From the NCBI GenBank assembly GCA_023343535.1, contig GCA_023343535.1_3944.1: a stretch of 38,998 bases of DNA; one strand, 5' to 3'. Under the pieces are notes generated by a model that searched no databases, had not been told where the DNA came from, and worked only from the letters and a program-made list of their open reading frames with translations. This document shows, piece after piece, positions 35,268 through 38,998 of the stretch (position 1 is its first letter; the number at the start of each line of letters is the position of its first letter). This stretch comes from a phage. A program made the position numbers and the translations under genes.

Positions 35268-35615
35268 ATGACATTTAAAGAGTTCTGTCAAGCTACTTTC
35301 ATAATTGTTTTCTTAGTTGGGGTAGGTGTCTGGGGAGGATACTCTTACAGAGACTATCAAGTTGCTGAAACTGAGCTAAACAATCAAAAGCTCATAAGTG
35401 TTGCTAAAGATGCTTATCAGGAAGGATTAGTCACACTGAGCACCAATTACAAAAATGATTTGAAAGATGTGCTTGCTAAGAATAAGCATACAAAAGAGGT
35501 ACTAACATATGAAAAAACTAAGCCAGAGTTTTATAATGTTTGTGTTACTGATAACTATGTCAGGGTGTTCAACGAACAAAGTGAGCAGTACATTCAAAAA
35601 CTCCCAAGTAAGTGA
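35268..35615 (+). CDS. i-spanin candidate (N-terminal transmembrane anchor, periplasmic coiled-coil-like region)
   Basis: Hydrophobic segment FIIVFLVGVGVWGG near the N-terminus; the o-spanin candidate starts inside its 3' end in another frame. Confidence 0.5.
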   Translation: MTFKEFCQATFIIVFLVGVGVWGGYSYRDYQVAETELNNQKLISVAKDAYQEGLVTLSTNYKNDLKDVLAKNKHTKEVLTYEKTKPEFYNVCVTDNYVRVFNEQSEQYIQKLPSK

Positions 35616-35778
35616 GAGTGATAAGTACACTCAAGAAGAATCACGGTACATCATCAAAGGCAACACAGGCAGTGATGTAGCAGCAGCCCTTGAGTTCTAT
35701 CGTGACGGCTTTTACCAGTGCACAATCAAAGCTAACAACCTTATTGACATGATTTTATTAGGGAATAAGCAGCAATGA
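35509..35778 (+). CDS. o-spanin candidate (outer-membrane lipoprotein, overlapped architecture)
   Basis: N-terminus MKKLSQSFIMFVLLITMSGC with lipobox Cys; AAAGAGG Shine-Dalgarno; begins within the i-spanin gene and extends beyond it. Confidence 0.5.
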   Translation: MKKLSQSFIMFVLLITMSGCSTNKVSSTFKNSQVSESDKYTQEESRYIIKGNTGSDVAAALEFYRDGFYQCTIKANNLIDMILLGNKQQ

Positions 35779-36044
35779 CAGAGAATGAAGACACTTTCTA
35801 TGTAGAAGGGTACTTACTGTTACCGCGACCAAAAGAAACTTATATGCGAATTGACTTCATACCAACCATTATGGATAATGTGATGTGTCATATCTTTATG
35901 CAAGGTGTCACAGCACAGCTTAAGCATGTCGGTAAAGACTGCAAGATAAAGGTTGACACTCATCCAGAAATCAAAGAGAATCACTACACATGGTTCTTAC
36001 CAGACTCTAAAGAAATCTTAGCAATTCTTAAAACGAGGAAGTAA
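35775..36044 (+). CDS. hypothetical protein
   Basis: 89-aa ORF with ATGA overlap. Confidence 0.45.
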   Translation: MTENEDTFYVEGYLLLPRPKETYMRIDFIPTIMDNVMCHIFMQGVTAQLKHVGKDCKIKVDTHPEIKENHYTWFLPDSKEILAILKTRK

Positions 36045-36046
36045 CT

Positions 36047-36373
36047 ATGCAGATTAATGGAAGAGACTTTGTAGCCGTTTACTACGAGAACGATAAAGAA
36101 GTTGGTGTAGCACAAGTAACTTATGGTAATGGTAAGTGGTTATATGGAACAATCGCAGTAGTTGGAACAAGAAGTGATACAAAAACTTTTAAAGATTGTG
36201 TTGACCTTCTTGAAGAATCCATCCACAATCATTGGTGTCTGATATGGATGACTGACAACGAAGTGATAGAACGCTTCAAAAAGATTGGTATCAACATTGA
36301 TAGTATTGAGCATGTTGATTTATATGAACTAACTGAGAAGGTAAACTATGAAAGTAATACTAGCCAGAGATAA
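36047..36373 (+). CDS. hypothetical protein
   Basis: 108-aa ORF with AGGAAG Shine-Dalgarno. Confidence 0.45.
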   Translation: MQINGRDFVAVYYENDKEVGVAQVTYGNGKWLYGTIAVVGTRSDTKTFKDCVDLLEESIHNHWCLIWMTDNEVIERFKKIGINIDSIEHVDLYELTEKVNYESNTSQR

Positions 36374-36575
36374 AAAGACACGGAAAATTATCCGGTCAGC
36401 AGTATCCATTGGAAGAAATGAAGTGATTCCTTTTACAGCAAATGATGTGATAATCTACAGGAAAAAATTAGCATTCAGTTATTGCTTACGTGGCTTTATC
36501 TCCCAGCCATTGGAAGACTTTAAAAGTCGTTGTGGTAAAGGTATCATCATCCAAGAGGCAATTATCAATGGCTGA
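36348..36575 (+). CDS. hypothetical protein
   Basis: 75-aa ORF with GAGAAGG Shine-Dalgarno. Confidence 0.4.
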   Translation: MKVILARDKKTRKIIRSAVSIGRNEVIPFTANDVIIYRKKLAFSYCLRGFISQPLEDFKSRCGKGIIIQEAIING

Positions 36576-36768
36576 CTTCTGCAAAGACTGTTCTATCGAA
36601 ATGTTCGGACGTGATACAGGTGACTTAAAAGGTCTCATCACTGAAGATGACTTTAAAGCTGGTTATGCAATGCCAGTAATCTGTGAAGGTTGTGGGTGCA
36701 TCTGGGTAGACCATGAAGGGCAACGTGTAAAACCTTCTGAAGACAAAGAATCTTGGGAGAGATGTTAA
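36568..36768 (+). CDS. small zinc-binding protein
   Basis: ATG at 36568 (ORF-track start 36490 overlaps the previous gene); CKDC ... CEGCGC cysteine pairs. Confidence 0.4.
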   Translation: MADFCKDCSIEMFGRDTGDLKGLITEDDFKAGYAMPVICEGCGCIWVDHEGQRVKPSEDKESWERC

Positions 36769-37554
36769 ATGGGTATTGTAAAAATCATCAATGGTGATAT
36801 CTTTGCTGCATTTGATAAAGGTAAGTTTGACATCATTGGTCACGGTTGTAATTGTATGAATTTAATGGGTGCAGGTATCGCTGACAAGATTTCTAAACTT
36901 TACCCAAAAGCATATGAGACCGATACAGAAGTTTACCTATATGCAGGTGGCATAGGTCACAAACCCTGTGAAAATTTACTGGGTAATTTCTCTGTAGTAC
37001 GTTTAAAACAAGGTCGTATAGCTAACCTTTACACTCAGCTTAAGACTGGTAAAGATGCCCGATACAGTGCTTTAGAGTCATCTTTGAAACAGCTTAACAG
37101 ATACTGTGAAGTCAATCAGTTGAAGAAAGTCGGGTTACCTATGATTGGTACAGGCATCGGTGGGCTAGACGCTCAAGCCGTCACAGTTATCATCAATCAG
37201 GTTATGAAGAGTGTAGATGTTTATCTATATGTCTATGAAGGAGAGATGTACCACAAGTTACTCTCAGGTTGGAAGAACTACTGTGAACCAGAATACTTTG
37301 CAGGTGTAGTTGTGTTCACAGATAACGCAGTTACCCTCTTCAGACGAAGAAAAGGTAAGATACATCAAAGTAACCCTCCGGTTGAAAAGATGTCTCTAAG
37401 TAACGCTCTAGTTACCCACCTGTCGAAGAGCAATCACAGGATTGCAGTAACATTTGGCAGTGATGCAGATGCTTACATCTATGCAAGAACTGATGAGGAT
37501 ATCGAGACAGTTTTCTCTTCACCAGAAGTTACCTTCTTAGACGCAAAGAACTAA
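36769..37554 (+). CDS. macro-domain protein (ADP-ribose binding/processing) with C-terminal extension of unknown function
   Basis: GDIFAAFDKGKFDIIGHGCNCMNLMGAGIADKI parallels the macro-domain GDIT ... AIVNAANxxLxxGGGVxxAI block; VGLPMIGTGIGGLD parallels the second block (hAFPxIsTGIyGyp). Confidence 0.65.
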   Translation: MGIVKIINGDIFAAFDKGKFDIIGHGCNCMNLMGAGIADKISKLYPKAYETDTEVYLYAGGIGHKPCENLLGNFSVVRLKQGRIANLYTQLKTGKDARYSALESSLKQLNRYCEVNQLKKVGLPMIGTGIGGLDAQAVTVIINQVMKSVDVYLYVYEGEMYHKLLSGWKNYCEPEYFAGVVVFTDNAVTLFRRRKGKIHQSNPPVEKMSLSNALVTHLSKSNHRIAVTFGSDADAYIYARTDEDIETVFSSPEVTFLDAKN

Positions 37555-37584
37555 GAAACTCCGTAGAATATTCACAATAGTCTA

Positions 37585-37628
37585 AGCCTTCCTTATCTGG
37601 TAAATTTTTCAGGTAAGGAGGGCTTTTT
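37585..37628 (+). terminator. putative intrinsic terminator (long-loop hairpin + U-run)
   Basis: AGCCTTCCTTA / TAAGGAGGGCT arms, then TTTTT. Confidence 0.4.
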
Positions 37629-37822
37629 CATTTCAGATTTGTGCAGGTAGAGTTCTGTAGAGAAATCTGTAGAGAGAATTTTAAACTCCAAAGAGAAAAT
37701 TCATTTTCAAACTGTGCAGGTAATCTCCAAAGAGCTTTTTCATTTTCAAAACGTGCAGACCCCGCTCAGGTCGGGCAAGAAAAATCATTTTAGAATTGTG
37801 CAGGTAGGTGGGTGTAGGTGGG
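37627..37822 (+). repeat. array of four imperfect direct repeats (about 23 bp, consensus TTCATTTTCARAnYTGTGCAGGTA) with nested short repeats; iteron-like
   Basis: Copies at 37627-37650, 37700-37724, 37739-37760 and 37786-37808; also CTCCAAAGAG x2 (37686-37695, 37725-37734), TCTGTAGAG x2 (37654-37674) and GTAGGTGGG x2 (37804-37822). Confidence 0.7.
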
Positions 37823-37983
37823 GCTGTCGCCATTTCTCACAAGGCTACCACATCTAAAAAGAAAAGTCAACAGAAAAATTTGTAGCGGATTGAAAAATAA
37901 TTCTTGATTGTAGTTCTGTTTTGTGGTAGTCACGCGCACCCGTTTCATTACAATCTTTGCAAAAAATATTTTTAAAATTCCTA

Positions 37984-38012
37984 TTGACTCTTTGAGTATG
38001 GTTATCTAATAT
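37984..38012 (+). promoter_or_regulatory. sigma70-like promoter
   Basis: TTGACT 37984-37989, 17-bp spacer, TAATAT 38007-38012; about 50 nt upstream of the ATG at 38063. Confidence 0.5.
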
Positions 38013-38062
38013 TTGCATCAGACGGGCAATCAAGCCCACTTCCTAAACTGGAGAATCTAAAA

Positions 38063-38269
38063 ATGCTGTACAGTCGCGAATTGATGGTTACAACTAACAT
38101 TAACACAAAGGCAAAACGTTTTTACATGCAAATCTGTGGCGTGTGGTCCAGAATATCAGAAGCTGACTATTGCAACTATGTAGAAACGGCTATTAATTCT
38201 AATTGCTATCTGACAAGAAATACTAAGAAGTTTACAAGACAGACAGCAATTTACTACTACGATAAATAA
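38063..38269 (+). CDS. hypothetical protein
   Basis: 68-aa ORF; leader CCTAAACTGGAGA shared with the next gene. Confidence 0.45.
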   Translation: MLYSRELMVTTNINTKAKRFYMQICGVWSRISEADYCNYVETAINSNCYLTRNTKKFTRQTAIYYYDK

Positions 38270-38356
38270 AGTACTTTACAAGGGGCTTATAGTTCGATAA
38301 AGTAAGCCCCAGATAAAGAGCTTTATCAAATTAACCCCCTAAACTGGAGATTCAAA

Positions 38357-38653
38357 ATGAAATTATCGAATAAAGTTCGTGAAAATCTAAGCAAGTTACT
38401 CAACAAAATCGATTTTATCGAGACATCAAGGAATAATCATGATGTTATGGAATGGTTGCACGGCAAAATAAAAGGCCGTCGCGTAGTGATTTGCTTATGG
38501 AATAGTTGCAGGGAGTATAAAAAACCTGTATTGCAAGTAAATATTTATGATGATACTTTTAAAAGTCCAGTAAAGTCTAAAAGCGACTTATTAGAATCCT
38601 ATGAGATAACTGTAAATGGCAAAGTATCACGCAAAGAGGAAACACCATGTTAA
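38357..38653 (+). CDS. hypothetical protein
   Basis: 98-aa ORF with the same CCTAAACTGGAGA leader. Confidence 0.45.
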   Translation: MKLSNKVRENLSKLLNKIDFIETSRNNHDVMEWLHGKIKGRRVVICLWNSCREYKKPVLQVNIYDDTFKSPVKSKSDLLESYEITVNGKVSRKEETPC

Positions 38654-38979
38654 TGACTGGCATCACTGCAATCATTGCCATTCTCGCGCTTTATAAGGCA
38701 TATAAAGCCTATAATCTAGCAAATAAGGCAATCACACAGCAGGTTAGCAATAACCTTGTAGAGAGCTTTCTAGGGCGCCTCAGTGATGAGCAAATAAAGC
38801 GGCTAGAGATGAGCTTCAGATATAAAGCGAAAACCTATCAGATAAGTGACATCTTCAAAGATGATTTTCAGTTAGTTGATGATTATAATTCTCTGATAAA
38901 TGCTTTAAATATCAGTGACTTAAAAGACTACTACGCTGTAATTGTTCAAGAATTGAGCAAACGGAAACAAAATGTTTGA
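38647..38979 (+). CDS. membrane protein (N-terminal transmembrane helix)
   Basis: N-terminus MLMTGITAIIAILALYKAY is hydrophobic; ATGA-type overlap with the upstream gene. Confidence 0.45.
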   Translation: MLMTGITAIIAILALYKAYKAYNLANKAITQQVSNNLVESFLGRLSDEQIKRLEMSFRYKAKTYQISDIFKDDFQLVDDYNSLINALNISDLKDYYAVIVQELSKRKQNV

Positions 38980-38998
38980 CACTGGTTTTTAGATAGAG

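Noticed and set aside
37627-37822. Direct repeats considered as a CRISPR array
   Set aside because: Only four imperfect copies, irregular spacing of 39-73 bp, repeat units that are not identical, and no cas genes anywhere in the window; fits iterons or operator sites better.
37854-38039. 61-aa minus-strand ORF
   Set aside because: Sits in the AT-rich non-coding region overlapping the plus-strand promoter 37984-38012; no start context; the opposite strand carries the regulatory signals.
1-38998. Prophage or integrative-element boundaries (integrase, att sites, host flanks)
   Set aside because: No integrase/recombinase-like ORF, no tRNA-adjacent junction, and no host housekeeping genes; the content is uniformly lytic-phage-like.

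Overview
This window reads as a contiguous stretch of a virulent, large dsDNA phage genome from a Gram-negative host. Evidence for that: densely packed short genes with ATGA/GTGA overlaps, Shine-Dalgarno + ATG starts, sigma70-like TTGACA-N17/18-TAGAAT promoters, many UUCG-tetraloop intrinsic terminators, a lipobox o-spanin, and no housekeeping, integrase, tRNA, rRNA or CRISPR genes recognised by eye. There are two transcription blocks. The leftward block (1-6686, minus strand) encodes small proteins, an ATP-dependent DNA ligase and a family-A DNA polymerase. After an AT-rich strand-switch region, the rightward block (6944-38979) encodes a dNMP-kinase-like protein, a T7-gp4-like primase-helicase, an acidic-tailed SSB-like protein, a T7-gp6-like 5'-3' exonuclease, class I RNR (nrdA/nrdB) with a glutaredoxin-like protein, class III anaerobic RNR (nrdD/nrdG), and GIY-YIG-like and HNH-like endonuclease candidates. 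The most interesting part is a tandem array of four diverged paralogs sitting directly upstream of a PRPP-synthetase-like + NAMPT-like gene pair, which is a candidate NARP1-type NAD+ reconstitution (anti-defence) module. Further downstream are an rIIA-like GHKL ATPase with a possibly disrupted rIIB-like region, a signal-peptide lytic transglycosylase, a HAD-like hydrolase, an overlapping i-/o-spanin pair, a macro-domain protein, and a ~200-bp iteron-like direct-repeat array in a 500-bp non-coding region. The supplied ORF track uses GTG/TTG as starts; where an in-frame ATG with a good Shine-Dalgarno sequence exists I have moved the start and said so. All calls are from motif-level reading of the translations; no database search was run. 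The gene content is reminiscent of Felixounavirus-like phages, but that placement is inference from memory only.
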